Source: a virus
Lineage: Duplodnaviria > Caudoviricetes
Reading direction: 5' to 3' (one strand)
DNA length: 64,000 bases
Virus record (IMG/VR): IMGVR_UViG_3300020375_000001
Coordinates: 143,749-207,748 of that record
Below the pieces are notes generated by a model. The model was not told the DNA's origin and searched no databases. It saw nothing but the letters and a program-made list of their open reading frames with translations. The translations under genes and the position numbers were made by a program. Positions 20,288-30,646 of this stretch are shown here, piece after piece. Position 1 is the first letter of the stretch; every line of letters begins with the position of its first letter.

Positions 20288-22246
20288 ATGGCTGCTGAAA
20301 AAGACGCCACTACGTTTAACGATTCCTCTTGGCTACGTCAAGCTTTTATTCTACCGAATACAGAAAAAGCTATTACGGCTAAAGACAATTTCAATCGAAC
20401 GTATTCTGGGTCGTTTAACAAGTTCACAGATACCACTCCGGGTGGTAACTTTACAATAAACAATCCACCACAAGCTTGCCGCTTTGCTGACCGTAAGAAT
20501 CATAACTTGCGAGACTACTTACAGCGAAACAACATTAAGGCTTCGAACAGTAAAGGGATGGGACGCTTTTACAGTGAAGCGTATGACGATAACTCAGTAA
20601 AGGTACACTTGAGTTTTGGGGTTCCAGAGTTTAATAGTGTTACACGCTTCTTCTCAAACTTCTATGACCCAGAGATGGGTGCTTTAGCAAGAACAGGTGA
20701 AACAGCTGGACTGAGCTATTCGTTAGGCAAGGCAGTAGGTTGGCTAGTCTCTGCTCCACTGATTCCTTTCGTTATGGCTGGGTCATTGATTCGCTATTTA
20801 AGTGGGAAGCCTAGTAGTAAATATTACTACGTTAAACCTACCATGGGACCTTACTGGAATGCTGTGAATATCATGGCCAATAAACTGGCAGTAAACATTG
20901 GTATTCAGCCTGGGGTATTCAGTGAGGGCACTGCTGAAGAATCGGTTGACTTTGGTGGTAAGAACGGTTCGGTAAAAAGGGCAGATTACTCAGGGGACTC
21001 CCCTGGGGCTTCTTGGGAAGAGTATACAAAAATATTACCGCAGATATTTCGTCGTGAAGGTGGTATAGATGTATACGCCATGGCTACCCGTGCTCAACGT
21101 ATTTACGATGCCCAGCTAAACGCACAAATCAAAGCTATCCAATCCGCAGCTACTGAAGAGGAGCTGGAGAAGAAGTTGGCTGCGGTTGCCGGTGGTAACT
21201 TTGACAGTAACGTGAATAACAAAACCATTCGCGAGTATACAGAGAACTACCGCGAGTCAAGTCTAGCAAAGGCAAAAGAGCAAGATGCCGCTGCAGCAGC
21301 TGCTTCTGGGGACGATACGACATTTAAGTCTGACGACTCTAGCTTCACGGATTATATTCAGGCAGAACTTCGTGACGGTTCTAATTGGGTTGCCTTCCGT
21401 TTAGATGAAGTGGGTAGTATTGGTGAGAGTTTCAACAACTCTACTAAAGAGCCAGGTATTGCCGCTACCATTAACGGTATCTCCTCACAAGCCAAAGACT
21501 TTGGTACTAACACCATGAACTTCAATCTTGGTGGGGGTGTGGTAGGTGATGTACTTGGTGCATTTGCGGATAGCCTTAAACAGTTCTCTTTGGGTGCTTT
21601 GGATGGAGTTGGCCTAAGTGGTCTTGCTGTATTAGGTGGCGGTGCATTTGCGGATATCCAGAATGTATGGGATAACTCCTCTGCGCAGTTACCGTCTGAG
21701 TCATTTACTATCCAGTTGCGTACACCGTACGGTAATAAGGTAAGTATCTTCCAGAACCTGTACATGCCTTTGGCTATGTTACTTGCTGGTGCACTACCTT
21801 TATCTACCGGTCCTAGTTCATACACCTCACCGTTTATGTGTCAGTGTTTCGTTCCGGGACGTATGCAAACTCGTTGCGGTATGATTACCGACTTATCCAT
21901 TACTCGCGGTACATCAAATGCGGGTTGGAGTGTTGATGGTTTACCATTAGGCATTGACGTAACCTTTACCGTTACCGACATGTCTTCGGTTATTCATGTC
22001 CCCCTAGATGAGCGAGCAGGTATCTTAGACGATGATAATGCGTTTAATGATTACATGGCTATCTTAGGTGCCTTGGGTGTAGCGGAACAGTTCTACCCGA
22101 CGGCAAAGCTTAAGCGTGCTATGGTTACCAAGTTTAGACAGTTTGAAAGTATGTTCTCTACTGCACATACTGCTCAGTGGGCTGCCGGTACAATGCCCGG
22201 TCGATTACTATCAGCTTTCTATCGTGGTGCCCAAGGTATCAGTTAA
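20288..22246 (+). CDS. Tail/baseplate structural protein, phiKZ gp182-like
   Basis: Follows the tape measure; motifs DTTPGGNFTINNPPQ, TPYGN..SIFQNLYMP, ITRGTSN.GW. Confidence 0.75.
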   Translation: MAAEKDATTFNDSSWLRQAFILPNTEKAITAKDNFNRTYSGSFNKFTDTTPGGNFTINNPPQACRFADRKNHNLRDYLQRNNIKASNSKGMGRFYSEAYDDNSVKVHLSFGVPEFNSVTRFFSNFYDPEMGALARTGETAGLSYSLGKAVGWLVSAPLIPFVMAGSLIRYLSGKPSSKYYYVKPTMGPYWNAVNIMANKLAVNIGIQPGVFSEGTAEESVDFGGKNGSVKRADYSGDSPGASWEEYTKILPQIFRREGGIDVYAMATRAQRIYDAQLNAQIKAIQSAATEEELEKKLAAVAGGNFDSNVNNKTIREYTENYRESSLAKAKEQDAAAAAASGDDTTFKSDDSSFTDYIQAELRDGSNWVAFRLDEVGSIGESFNNSTKEPGIAATINGISSQAKDFGTNTMNFNLGGGVVGDVLGAFADSLKQFSLGALDGVGLSGLAVLGGGAFADIQNVWDNSSAQLPSESFTIQLRTPYGNKVSIFQNLYMPLAMLLAGALPLSTGPSSYTSPFMCQCFVPGRMQTRCGMITDLSITRGTSNAGWSVDGLPLGIDVTFTVTDMSSVIHVPLDERAGILDDDNAFNDYMAILGALGVAEQFYPTAKLKRAMVTKFRQFESMFSTAHTAQWAAGTMPGRLLSAFYRGAQGIS

Positions 22247-22249
22247 ACA

Positions 22250-22284
22250 AAAAAAATAAGGGGAGCGCAAGCTCCCCTATTTAT
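22250..22284. terminator. Bidirectional terminator between convergent genes
   Basis: AGGGGAGC-gcaa-GCTCCCCT flanked by an A-tract and a T-rich tract. Confidence 0.8.
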
Positions 22285-22297
22285 TCCGTCGCGGCGA

Positions 22298-23434
22298 TTA
22301 ACCTTCCGGCAATAACACCCCATTGACCATACGGTGCGAATACCCTTTCTTGGGGTAGCGTCCTGCCATGGCAATATTACGAGCGTGTGTCATGTCGTAA
22401 GATAATATATGTAGTGCTTCATCGGTAGCCTTGTAATAGTATTCTAGGTTACTGATGGTTTTACCGCCACGTTGCATTGTATACCAGTTAGGGTCAATGT
22501 CATTGAGTGAAGAGGTCAATTCATTGTACGCGTTTTCCCACGTGGTATCGTAGGAGTCGGTAAAGCCCCATGGATATTTATTTAAGATATCCGGGATAAG
22601 CTGAGGGTTGTAGCGAGCAAGACGTTCGGTAGCAGGTGCCCCTTCGTCTTCGTTCATCTTCTTCACTGCCTTCCTAACAAAGCGAACCTGCTTGTCACTT
22701 TGGAAGTCACTCAGCGTGGTCTCCATAAAGCTATCGGATTGGTCACGTAGCCCGCGTCCCATTTCCTCAAGCATCCCATCATACGCTGGGTCGGTTAACC
22801 ACTTAGCTCCGCATCGTAATGCTGCTAATAAACTTGTGTCCTTAGCTGCACGGGTACCCTTACCGTCACTGTTGTCCCCAAACGTAATGTTAGGAAAGAG
22901 TGCACTGAGTCCGGAGAACAAAGCCCGCATGGATTTGTCACAGGCAGTCGTACTCCAATCATACTCCTTAAGTAGTTTCAACTTAAGTTTGTTGTTGTAC
23001 GTTTTCTCATCGTAATCTGGTGTTATTTCTTTTAACCGCTTTTCTAAGCCAGTTGCTGTCACCAGTTTATTGATGGCTTGACCATTCCCCTCTAAGGAAT
23101 CTAGTTGTCCTTTTTCTTTCAGTTCTTTGACTGTTGCATTTGCCGCATCTTCATCTTTCATGTCGATGTTATTAACGGCTGCTAAAGTCTCTGCCCCCGC
23201 ACTACTTGAGTTAACCTCAGAAGCTGAGCTACTGGCAGATTGACCTGCTGGTGATTTTAATGCTTCTTGTTTCTCAGGTGGGGTTGTTTCTGGAATTGCA
23301 TTTTCAAATGTAGACAGACTAGCCCCTGCATTAGAGGCGGCCTCTTCGGCGGCAACTATCTCTACCGTATCCCCGACAAGGACTTCGTCGTCTGCCCCAT
23401 TAATAAATATGGGGTCGGCAACTTTACCACTCAT
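22298..23434 (-). CDS. Probable virion protein (start moved to 23434)
   Basis: AAAAGGAG SD before MSGKVADP; low-complexity Ala/Ser/Glu N-terminus. Confidence 0.65.
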   Translation of the reverse strand: MSGKVADPIFINGADDEVLVGDTVEIVAAEEAASNAGASLSTFENAIPETTPPEKQEALKSPAGQSASSSASEVNSSSAGAETLAAVNNIDMKDEDAANATVKELKEKGQLDSLEGNGQAINKLVTATGLEKRLKEITPDYDEKTYNNKLKLKLLKEYDWSTTACDKSMRALFSGLSALFPNITFGDNSDGKGTRAAKDTSLLAALRCGAKWLTDPAYDGMLEEMGRGLRDQSDSFMETTLSDFQSDKQVRFVRKAVKKMNEDEGAPATERLARYNPQLIPDILNKYPWGFTDSYDTTWENAYNELTSSLNDIDPNWYTMQRGGKTISNLEYYYKATDEALHILSYDMTHARNIAMAGRYPKKGYSHRMVNGVLLPEG

Positions 23435-23472
23435 GTCAAGAGCTCCTTTTAATTGAACGTCATAGGAAAGAC

Positions 23473-23507
23473 AAAAAAAAAGAAGAGGGTGCTGCCACAC
23501 ACCCTCT
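23473..23507 (-). terminator. Intrinsic terminator
   Basis: AGAGGGTG/CACCCTCT stem with a U-tract on the minus strand. Confidence 0.7.
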
Positions 23508-23563
23508 TTCTTTATACGAATGGAATAAACATAATACTAGACTCTATAGATATAGGGTTATGT

Positions 23564-24343
23564 TTACTGCTGTTCCTCAGTAGATTTTACGATTGGCTGT
23601 CGTAACTTCTCTAGACGCTCTTTACGTTGTTTAACAACTTCTTCAAAGCGCTTTCGGAAACTCACTCGATTGCATACATTTCGAATAAGGATTCGATGAC
23701 TGGTTTCTTCTCCATCGCGAAAGCAGATTACTTTAAGTGCCATTTCATGTACACCCAAGAACCGCATTCCTCGAAGGAACATCTTCCACGTCATTGTGTC
23801 CGTACCCAAATCTTTCTCAACTTTGGATTTAACGGCACTTCGTTCACCCCCTCTGTCAGGTAACCCCAACTCAGGTGCTTTCAGGAAAGTGTCCATTAAT
23901 AGTATCCAGTTATCTGGACCTATACCCAAATCAAGTCGTATGCGTTTGAATATCAGCGCAAGGATTTCACCAGCATCCTTGTTACGGTTAATACCGTCGT
24001 AGGAATGTATGGATACTTCATCCAAGCGTTTAAGTTCAATTTCAAGAACGACTCTGTCCATCCCCAACACTAAGAAGGTTTTACAAAATACCTTCCAGGC
24101 AATTTCATCCTTGGAAAATTCTTTTGTTATATTCCCTTTAAGTGTAGAGCGCGAACTCCCGGATTGGTTTTCTTTTTCAACGGTATCGAGATACTTATTG
24201 ACCCTTCGTTCCCATTCCATTGGCGTGACTTCTAAGTCCGCCAGAACAGTTCTGAATAAACCAGCTAAGGCATCTTTTACCCGTCCTCTACCATAGTCGC
24301 TTAACTTAAGCAATTGAACCATGCTGTTTTTGCCTCTGGCCAT
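23564..24343 (-). CDS. Hypothetical protein with two tandem ~100-aa homologous domains
   Basis: RSTLKGNITKEFSKDEIAWKVFCKTFLVLG versus RSAVKSKVEKDLGTDTMTWKMFLRGMRFLG. Confidence 0.8.
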   Translation of the reverse strand: MARGKNSMVQLLKLSDYGRGRVKDALAGLFRTVLADLEVTPMEWERRVNKYLDTVEKENQSGSSRSTLKGNITKEFSKDEIAWKVFCKTFLVLGMDRVVLEIELKRLDEVSIHSYDGINRNKDAGEILALIFKRIRLDLGIGPDNWILLMDTFLKAPELGLPDRGGERSAVKSKVEKDLGTDTMTWKMFLRGMRFLGVHEMALKVICFRDGEETSHRILIRNVCNRVSFRKRFEEVVKQRKERLEKLRQPIVKSTEEQQ

Positions 24344-24361
24344 GGTTAATCCTTTTATTCG

Positions 24362-24841
24362 TTAAGTTATATTATTGACTAACACTCGAAAGTCAATTGC
24401 TTCGGTGACGTAGGACTTTATTTTTCTACAATAGTAGCTGTGCTTAGTTTCGCTTGTATCGCGTACTCTCACCAACGACGTTGAGAGTTCATCTAAGACA
24501 CTTCTAAGGTCTCTGTCTACTTTAGCAATTGGGTATGGGTACCCGTCTTTGTTTGTCAAATAGTTTGTTAATGTTATTTCTCCTTTATCTACGCTTACGT
24601 GTTTAATGGGTGGTATGTCCTCTAACATGGCTACGGCTTCACGTAACCTAGTTAAAGAGTCTACCAGCTTTTCTGCTGAAGCACACTTGGACATAATCGA
24701 CATTTTGTCTAACTGTTTAGAAGAGGGCTCTTCTTTACTGTACGATTCGATGTAAATCTGATTATGTAAGCGGTACTCCCATGCATCTTTGTCGGAGTTA
24801 AATTTACTGAGCTTCCGCTTAGTTAGCCACTTCTTTAACAT
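24362..24841 (-). CDS. Hypothetical protein (159 aa)
   Basis: ORF in operon. Confidence 0.75.
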   Translation of the reverse strand: MLKKWLTKRKLSKFNSDKDAWEYRLHNQIYIESYSKEEPSSKQLDKMSIMSKCASAEKLVDSLTRLREAVAMLEDIPPIKHVSVDKGEITLTNYLTNKDGYPYPIAKVDRDLRSVLDELSTSLVRVRDTSETKHSYYCRKIKSYVTEAIDFRVLVNNIT

Positions 24842-25269
24842 TAATGGTCCTTTTCGTTATCACCTATTTCGGGACACTTGCCAAAGAATGAAATTTTGCC
24901 TTGAGTTAAATCGCCATCTTCGAACATCAGCCGACAAACATCGGATACACTAGCGCTGGTACCCAGTGCAAAGTATTTGTTAAATATCGCCCAATCTTCG
25001 TCGGTAGCCTCGCCCCTACTAGTTGCCACATACGCTTTAACAAAAGCGGTGTCCTCAAGCTCTATCCGGTAATACTTGGATATATAGTCCACCTTACCAC
25101 ACAGTTTGATTATGACGGCAGTGTCATCAGTAATTTCCATGCCATCAAGTAGCCACTTTTTGTATACCTCATTTGACAATACAAGTTTCATGAACCCATA
25201 CTTCAGTGGATTCCATACACCGTAGAAAGCGTTACCGACTTTAATTAGAAAATTTGTACACTTTACCAT
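24841..25269 (-). CDS. Hypothetical protein (142 aa)
   Basis: GGGAGG SD; downstream of a promoter motif. Confidence 0.75.
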   Translation of the reverse strand: MVKCTNFLIKVGNAFYGVWNPLKYGFMKLVLSNEVYKKWLLDGMEITDDTAVIIKLCGKVDYISKYYRIELEDTAFVKAYVATSRGEATDEDWAIFNKYFALGTSASVSDVCRLMFEDGDLTQGKISFFGKCPEIGDNEKDH

Positions 25270-25336
25270 AATAGTCCTCCCTTTTAATTAGTAACTTATT
25301 TGGTATTTGTTTATTTTCCTATGATACATGCCCTTA

Positions 25337-25347
25337 GATAATATGTG
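25337..25347 (-). promoter_or_regulatory. Putative early promoter core CACATATTATC
   Basis: YAYATATYAY motif with an upstream A-tract. Confidence 0.5.
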
Positions 25348-25373
25348 CTTATAATTTTTTTCCGGAGTTAATT

Positions 25374-25814
25374 ATGACCCATGAAGAGTTGATGAAGCTC
25401 GCCCAGACTGGAGAGCTCAACGAGGATATCATCCTCAAACTAACGCAAGAAACACGTCGGTCGATGTTGGTTAACACACTAGCAGAAGGAATTCCTTCTG
25501 GTAAAGATATGTACCGCACGATGAAACTTCTTGAAGACATGGATGCAACTGCACTCAATGTTAAGAAGCTGGAGTCAGATGATGCAAACCAAGATGCTGA
25601 CCGTAGAGCCGCAATGATTATTGCCTCTATGAATAAACAACTTGGTGGAGATAATCCTTTCCGTGTTCAAGACCCAGGTGCACCGATGAAAGACATCACA
25701 CCAGATGCATCTGAAATCCCCACCATCGAACCTAAGCACGAAGAAGATGCTATTGGGGTGTCTGCTTTAACTTACGATGAGTTTGTCAAAGAAGCCCCTG
25801 CTGACGAAGACTAG
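25374..25814 (+). CDS. Hypothetical protein (146 aa)
   Basis: GGAG SD; overlaps the convergent gene by 4 nt. Confidence 0.75.
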   Translation: MTHEELMKLAQTGELNEDIILKLTQETRRSMLVNTLAEGIPSGKDMYRTMKLLEDMDATALNVKKLESDDANQDADRRAAMIIASMNKQLGGDNPFRVQDPGAPMKDITPDASEIPTIEPKHEEDAIGVSALTYDEFVKEAPADED

Positions 25815-26500
25815 ATGACGATAGATACTTCTTGTGGAGTTATCCATTCGACACCTAGAAATTCAACAAGTGCTCCGGAAACCGCTACGGTCGGGTCAAT
25901 GTCCATGTCCTCATCCAACGGCTTCTTAAGAAGTCTAGGTGCAACACAGACTACCGATGGAATAGGGGTGTCCAATAAAGCCTCACGATGAAGTTCGAAC
26001 CATTCGTCAAAGTTGTAAACGCTAAAGCTACACCATTTACCGCGTATAGTCTTGGGGGTTAAGCTCCCAGGACTTGCGCGCACTATGCCGACTTTAATGT
26101 CGCCTAGGTATTCCCGCATTACGGACTTAAGTGCTTCTTTCTCGTCTTCGGCGAAGTTGTATGGCCAGATATTGATGTCCAGCGTTATCTCCCCCGCCAA
26201 CGGATGGTTCTCCGATTGTGCCCTCAAGATTTTCACATCAGCTATTAAACGTGACATGTATCCTGTCATCAGCGCGTTCGTATGGATATCCCCATCTCGA
26301 CCACGGTACCAATAGTGAGTATTGAAAAGGTCTTGGTCAAAACCATCAATCCATTTGGAATAGAAGTCGCCACTACGGTCCTTCCATCCATTTTCCAGTA
26401 CAATTTGGGGATACTGCATATTCATCTTAGCCAGAGTAGCGAGACGTGTATCCAGTAATACATCCAAACTAACTAGTAGGTTTTGATTCACCTTCTTCAT
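25811..26500 (-). CDS. Conserved jumbo-phage protein, possibly HAD-like fold
   Basis: N-terminal LLVSLDVLLDTRL motif; function uncertain. Confidence 0.65.
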   Translation of the reverse strand: MKKVNQNLLVSLDVLLDTRLATLAKMNMQYPQIVLENGWKDRSGDFYSKWIDGFDQDLFNTHYWYRGRDGDIHTNALMTGYMSRLIADVKILRAQSENHPLAGEITLDINIWPYNFAEDEKEALKSVMREYLGDIKVGIVRASPGSLTPKTIRGKWCSFSVYNFDEWFELHREALLDTPIPSVVCVAPRLLKKPLDEDMDIDPTVAVSGALVEFLGVEWITPQEVSIVI

Positions 26501-26978
26501 TTATCACACCTTCAAAATCAATGGAGTACAACGCAAGAAGAACAATAGGCCAGCGATGTGTCTGTAAGACTTGTAATGCCGCATCACTATCCAGTATAAT
26601 ACGGTCACCCAAATCTTTATCACCGTACAACGTAACAATGTCACCGAAGAACAGGCTTTCAACGTACAGTTCTTGTATGGCCGTGTAGATACCCTTTGTA
26701 CCACAAACAGAGACCGCCATGCGATACGTATCCATAATCCAATGAACTATGTCTTGGTCGGTGTTACGGGCTGTCTCCCAGATGGTTTCCAGGGTTTCGT
26801 CGTTTAGGACAGTATGTGGCATTTTCTGCAACATACGCAGAAAGAAGTTTTGTGTCTTACTCCCTGCCGCTTGTAGCTGGTGGATAACCACATTTTCAAA
26901 CTTAGCCAAAGCAGAAGTAATTCCCTCTGCTACTTCAAAGTCGTCTTTGTTTAATTGTACTCGAGTTGGGTTTCCCAC
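26469..26978 (-). CDS. Hypothetical protein (169 aa)
   Basis: ORF in operon, overlapping its neighbour. Confidence 0.7.
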   Translation of the reverse strand: MGNPTRVQLNKDDFEVAEGITSALAKFENVVIHQLQAAGSKTQNFFLRMLQKMPHTVLNDETLETIWETARNTDQDIVHWIMDTYRMAVSVCGTKGIYTAIQELYVESLFFGDIVTLYGDKDLGDRIILDSDAALQVLQTHRWPIVLLALYSIDFEGVINEEGESKPTS

Positions 26979-26989
26979 AATTGCATCCT

Positions 26990-27670
26990 TTATAAGTTAT
27001 TATTCAGGTGCATCGCCTTCAGTAACGTAGCAAGGGTTTCGGTAGATTTAACTTTACCGCCAGCCTTAGCCACTTGGTCTAAAGAGAAGCCGCCTGTTTC
27101 GTGAGCGAATTTATTCATGGCTGTGTATGCTGCTGCATCACCACCACGAACTTTCAGTAGTTCCTCAATTGTTTTATCCAAGCCAAGCGCATACAGTACT
27201 TGCATCTCAGGGTTAGATAAAGAAGAACCTTTTGATTTACCGGTAGGTTGACCAGTCAAATCATCGCGGGATTCGTTATCCGCAGGAACAGACATCTTCT
27301 TAACCAAGTGTTGTGCCTGTCGGCGAAACGGTAAAGAAAGAATTAAATACTTCTCCGGCGTTGTGTACTGTTGTCCCGTTGCAGGGTCTTTCAGTCGTAG
27401 TCGCTGGAAGAAATCGTAACCTAATTCCTTACCAATTTTAATGTTACGCGCCACATTTAACTTAGCGTCTGCTAGGTTAGGGGCTTTAATACGGATGGTT
27501 ACGTTACCATCGCGTAAGTCTGTCATGTAAGTAGCAAACTGCTTGTCGGACATTTTCTCCAGACGTTCTTTTAGCTTTTCACTATTACCTGACTTTGGCG
27601 AAATCTTTTCAACATACGCTACCGCCATTTCGGTAGCAAGCTTACGTGCCTTAGACATGGTAGTCTCCAA
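26990..27670 (-). CDS. Virion RNA polymerase beta C-terminal subunit (phiKZ gp149-like)
   Basis: RRQAQHLVKK, DDLTGQPTGKSKGSSLSNPEMQVL (echoes beta TQQP..GG...EME), KVRGGD. Confidence 0.8.
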   Translation of the reverse strand: METTMSKARKLATEMAVAYVEKISPKSGNSEKLKERLEKMSDKQFATYMTDLRDGNVTIRIKAPNLADAKLNVARNIKIGKELGYDFFQRLRLKDPATGQQYTTPEKYLILSLPFRRQAQHLVKKMSVPADNESRDDLTGQPTGKSKGSSLSNPEMQVLYALGLDKTIEELLKVRGGDAAAYTAMNKFAHETGGFSLDQVAKAGGKVKSTETLATLLKAMHLNNNL

Positions 27671-27697
27671 TAAACCTTATCAACTCAAAAGATTTGG

Positions 27698-28231
27698 CTA
27701 AGCTGCCACTTCAAACTCTTTTGGTAGTAAGGGTATTAATTCACCCCATCCTTTCTTAGAGAGGTCGTCCGACATTCTACGATTTTCGTAATGGGTAATT
27801 GGACACACTTCTTCAGTCTGCATGTTCTTATCCAAACGAACTACTACCAGACGCTTACGTTTCTTAATAGCGTAGTCGATAGCATGTTTGGTCCCCTTAC
27901 TCTGCCCATCCCAGAAAGCAACGACCATATCCCCTGCATTAATCATTTCAATGTTTCTTAGGATACCGGCACGTTTACCAAATTTATCCCAATCAGCATG
28001 GAAACGTTCATGGCGAACCTTGCGCATAATAGCGTAAGTTCTAGCTAAGCGGTCTATGCCCCTTGCCCCACCTTCAAACAGGCGAATGTAGGATTTAGTA
28101 CGATACGTTTTTAATACCTCATCTAAAGCTGTAGCAAATTTATCGAACTCCGTGAATTCACGGGAGCCTGAGATTACAACATTAAAAGTATCGTCCCACA
28201 TATCATGCCCTGTATGTACGTGCGTCCTCAA
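27698..28231 (-). CDS. SLOG-family (YspA/DUF2493-like) protein
   Basis: VISGSREF, EGGARGIDRLA, ADWDKFGKRAGILRNIEM, AFWDGQSKGT. Confidence 0.85.
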   Translation of the reverse strand: MRTHVHTGHDMWDDTFNVVISGSREFTEFDKFATALDEVLKTYRTKSYIRLFEGGARGIDRLARTYAIMRKVRHERFHADWDKFGKRAGILRNIEMINAGDMVVAFWDGQSKGTKHAIDYAIKKRKRLVVVRLDKNMQTEEVCPITHYENRRMSDDLSKKGWGELIPLLPKEFEVAA

Positions 28232-28553
28232 GGAACGGGAATACTTTACTGGTCAAGTTCATGTACCAGTATTCGATGTTGTCATGGTCATCCAAGTAGA
28301 TACGGATAGCAATGGTGTCACACGGAAGTCCACTAAGTATTCCACGGAAGTGACGGTTAATTTGTTTACGAAATTCATCAATGTTTGCGGTGTACACCGC
28401 AATGCTATTGATGTCGTTACCGAAGTCCGCTGCCAACGTAGGGTGACTAGCGGTTAGAAACCCAATCAGTTGTTGGCTGAAACCCACAACGGTTGTTTGT
28501 TCAGACATTTGAAAATTCCTTGCACTGAAACAGTTAAACTCTGCACTATACAA
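28203..28553 (-). CDS. Hypothetical protein (~116 aa)
   Basis: ORF in operon; true start may be MSEQTT. Confidence 0.65.
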   Translation of the reverse strand: MYSAEFNCFSARNFQMSEQTTVVGFSQQLIGFLTASHPTLAADFGNDINSIAVYTANIDEFRKQINRHFRGILSGLPCDTIAIRIYLDDHDNIEYWYMNLTSKVFPFLEDARTYRA

Positions 28554-28582
28554 ATAAATCGTTCAGTAAATTATAGTTATTA

Positions 28583-29017
28583 TCAGGAAGCCTTTTTGAC
28601 GTCGTACACATTGTCTTTCAAAACCAACGTGTAATACTTTTCATGCAACATCATTTCACGAGTCATCATGAGAAGCTTGTAGCAGTCAAACTTACCCGTC
28701 ATCCCCAAAGGGTAGGCACTAGATAATAGGTTCCGTTCTTTATCCCCCAACCCGTTTATAAAAGGCATGTATAAACAGCGACACATTGAGTTGATATGTG
28801 GGTACTCTTTTTCCATTGTATCGCTAAAGAAGCTATTGGGTAAGTCAGTGCCAGAAGTGAAGGGTAGGGCACATATTTCAATTAACTGATGTTTCCATTC
28901 TTCCACTCGTTCGATGTTATCACACTTAGCCCCCTTCATGATATTGCTGAAGCTAGCCAATAAAGGTGCAAACTTTTCAAATAGGTCATTTAGGGTAGGC
29001 CCTGAACTCTTAAACAT
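28583..29017 (-). CDS. Hypothetical protein (144 aa)
   Basis: GAGG SD, ORF in operon. Confidence 0.7.
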   Translation of the reverse strand: MFKSSGPTLNDLFEKFAPLLASFSNIMKGAKCDNIERVEEWKHQLIEICALPFTSGTDLPNSFFSDTMEKEYPHINSMCRCLYMPFINGLGDKERNLLSSAYPLGMTGKFDCYKLLMMTREMMLHEKYYTLVLKDNVYDVKKAS

Positions 29018-29076
29018 GGCAGTGTTACCTCTAGATAAAAAATAAAGGAGTCGTTAGACTCCCCTATTTAGTTTAA

Positions 29077-30525
29077 TTACTTCTTCAATGGTTCCATCCA
29101 ATACGGATGATATACATCTACGTCGTCAGCAGGTAATGCCATTTTCAGAAGGTCCATAGTGGATAGGAAGTTTAATGGGTCTGTAGAGCCCTCAAACACC
29201 CAGTAGCCGCGAGTATTCAATAACACCGACCAATCATAGCCTTTCTCTTTAAGGCGCGTGTAGAGCTCCTCAGGAGTTATACGGTACTTGTCCGCTAACT
29301 TGTCACCCTTCCAGATTAACTGCATCTGACACATCTCAGCAGTAATCTCCATTGCGCGCTGCAACAGATAGTCTTCATCCGCAATACCACGAACAGTAGT
29401 ACGGGATAATTTAACATCCGGATAAATATCCAAGAAATAGCCACGGTCATTACCACCGACACCGAAGCCCATTGGGTAGTTAGTGTTAGACACTTTCTTG
29501 TTGTTACGTAAGTACGTCAACTCAGTCAGTGTAGGTAGTAGACCTTCCGTTTGCGAAACGACAATCTGAAATGGAATACCAGACGGACCTGATTTAGCAC
29601 GCAGGTTTTGCACCTGAATGATTTGTAGGTCTTGGTCTCCAGGGTTACGGTCGTGTTCACTTTTTGGGAAGTAAGGTGTTTTGTCCGCTTGGTTGTGGTG
29701 CGCCTTTGCACCAGAGCAATAATACAAGTTGTTGGTTAGGAACGTGAAATTCTCAGGTACCTTCTTAAACTTGATTTTCTGTTTCATGGTCGCCAGCTTT
29801 TTCTGCGGCGGAGCCATGGGGTCAAGTGCTAAGTCATCCCCCATATGCGCAACTACAGTACAGTAGATAGAACCCTTAGAAGCAACGCTTGGCATCTGAC
29901 CCAACATACGTGATTTGATAAGGTTATCACGCAGAGCGATGGTGTTCTGGTCTTTGGAGTCAACCACCGCTTTATCGTTAATGGTTTCAGTAGCATCAAA
30001 CTGCATCTGTGACATCGAGTCCAGTAACAACAAGCTAGGTGCGATGATAGAAATTTGTTTACCGTCTACAAAGAACGGGGTAGCCAGTTTAGCTTTATCA
30101 CCCATTTTTGCTTTCTTATCAGCAAAGTTACGTACCATTTCCCAGTAGTCATTTGCCATAGTTGTGCCGTCGGAAAGGATACAACGATTTTCAGCAAACA
30201 GGTCCAATCCACCGATGTTGTGCATTCTTGATGCCAGTGAGTTTAAGCGTGCAGGAGTTTTGGAGTACTCTGAGTCATACGCCATCTCGTTGACTTGTTC
30301 GTAACGGTTCACTACCGTCAAGTTAAGGTGGTCCGACAGGGTAGACTTATACGAGTTACCGCGACCACATGTACCGGTTACTTGTTGTAACCCGCCATTT
30401 AAAATTGACTCACCGTGTTTCCCGGTGTAATACGTACCAATTGGAATATCGAACAGACAACCGACGTTCATCGCTGGTCGCAAACTTGGTACTTGTGGGA
30501 ATAATTCTTCAGCTCCGAAATTCAT
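29077..30525 (-). CDS. RecA/UvsX-like recombinase (phiKZ gp152-like)
   Basis: Walker A GRGNSYKST, Walker B LLLLDSMS, NLRAKSGPSG. Confidence 0.85.
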   Translation of the reverse strand: MNFGAEELFPQVPSLRPAMNVGCLFDIPIGTYYTGKHGESILNGGLQQVTGTCGRGNSYKSTLSDHLNLTVVNRYEQVNEMAYDSEYSKTPARLNSLASRMHNIGGLDLFAENRCILSDGTTMANDYWEMVRNFADKKAKMGDKAKLATPFFVDGKQISIIAPSLLLLDSMSQMQFDATETINDKAVVDSKDQNTIALRDNLIKSRMLGQMPSVASKGSIYCTVVAHMGDDLALDPMAPPQKKLATMKQKIKFKKVPENFTFLTNNLYYCSGAKAHHNQADKTPYFPKSEHDRNPGDQDLQIIQVQNLRAKSGPSGIPFQIVVSQTEGLLPTLTELTYLRNNKKVSNTNYPMGFGVGGNDRGYFLDIYPDVKLSRTTVRGIADEDYLLQRAMEITAEMCQMQLIWKGDKLADKYRITPEELYTRLKEKGYDWSVLLNTRGYWVFEGSTDPLNFLSTMDLLKMALPADDVDVYHPYWMEPLKK

Positions 30526-30646
30526 CCGCTGTTCCTTTTTTAAACGAAAATAATGTTAAGGCTATTAGACATAAGTAAGGCTCTTTGCGTATTTTTTAAT
30601 AATGGTATGTCTAGACACCCATTCACTTGTACCATAGGAGCTCAAA

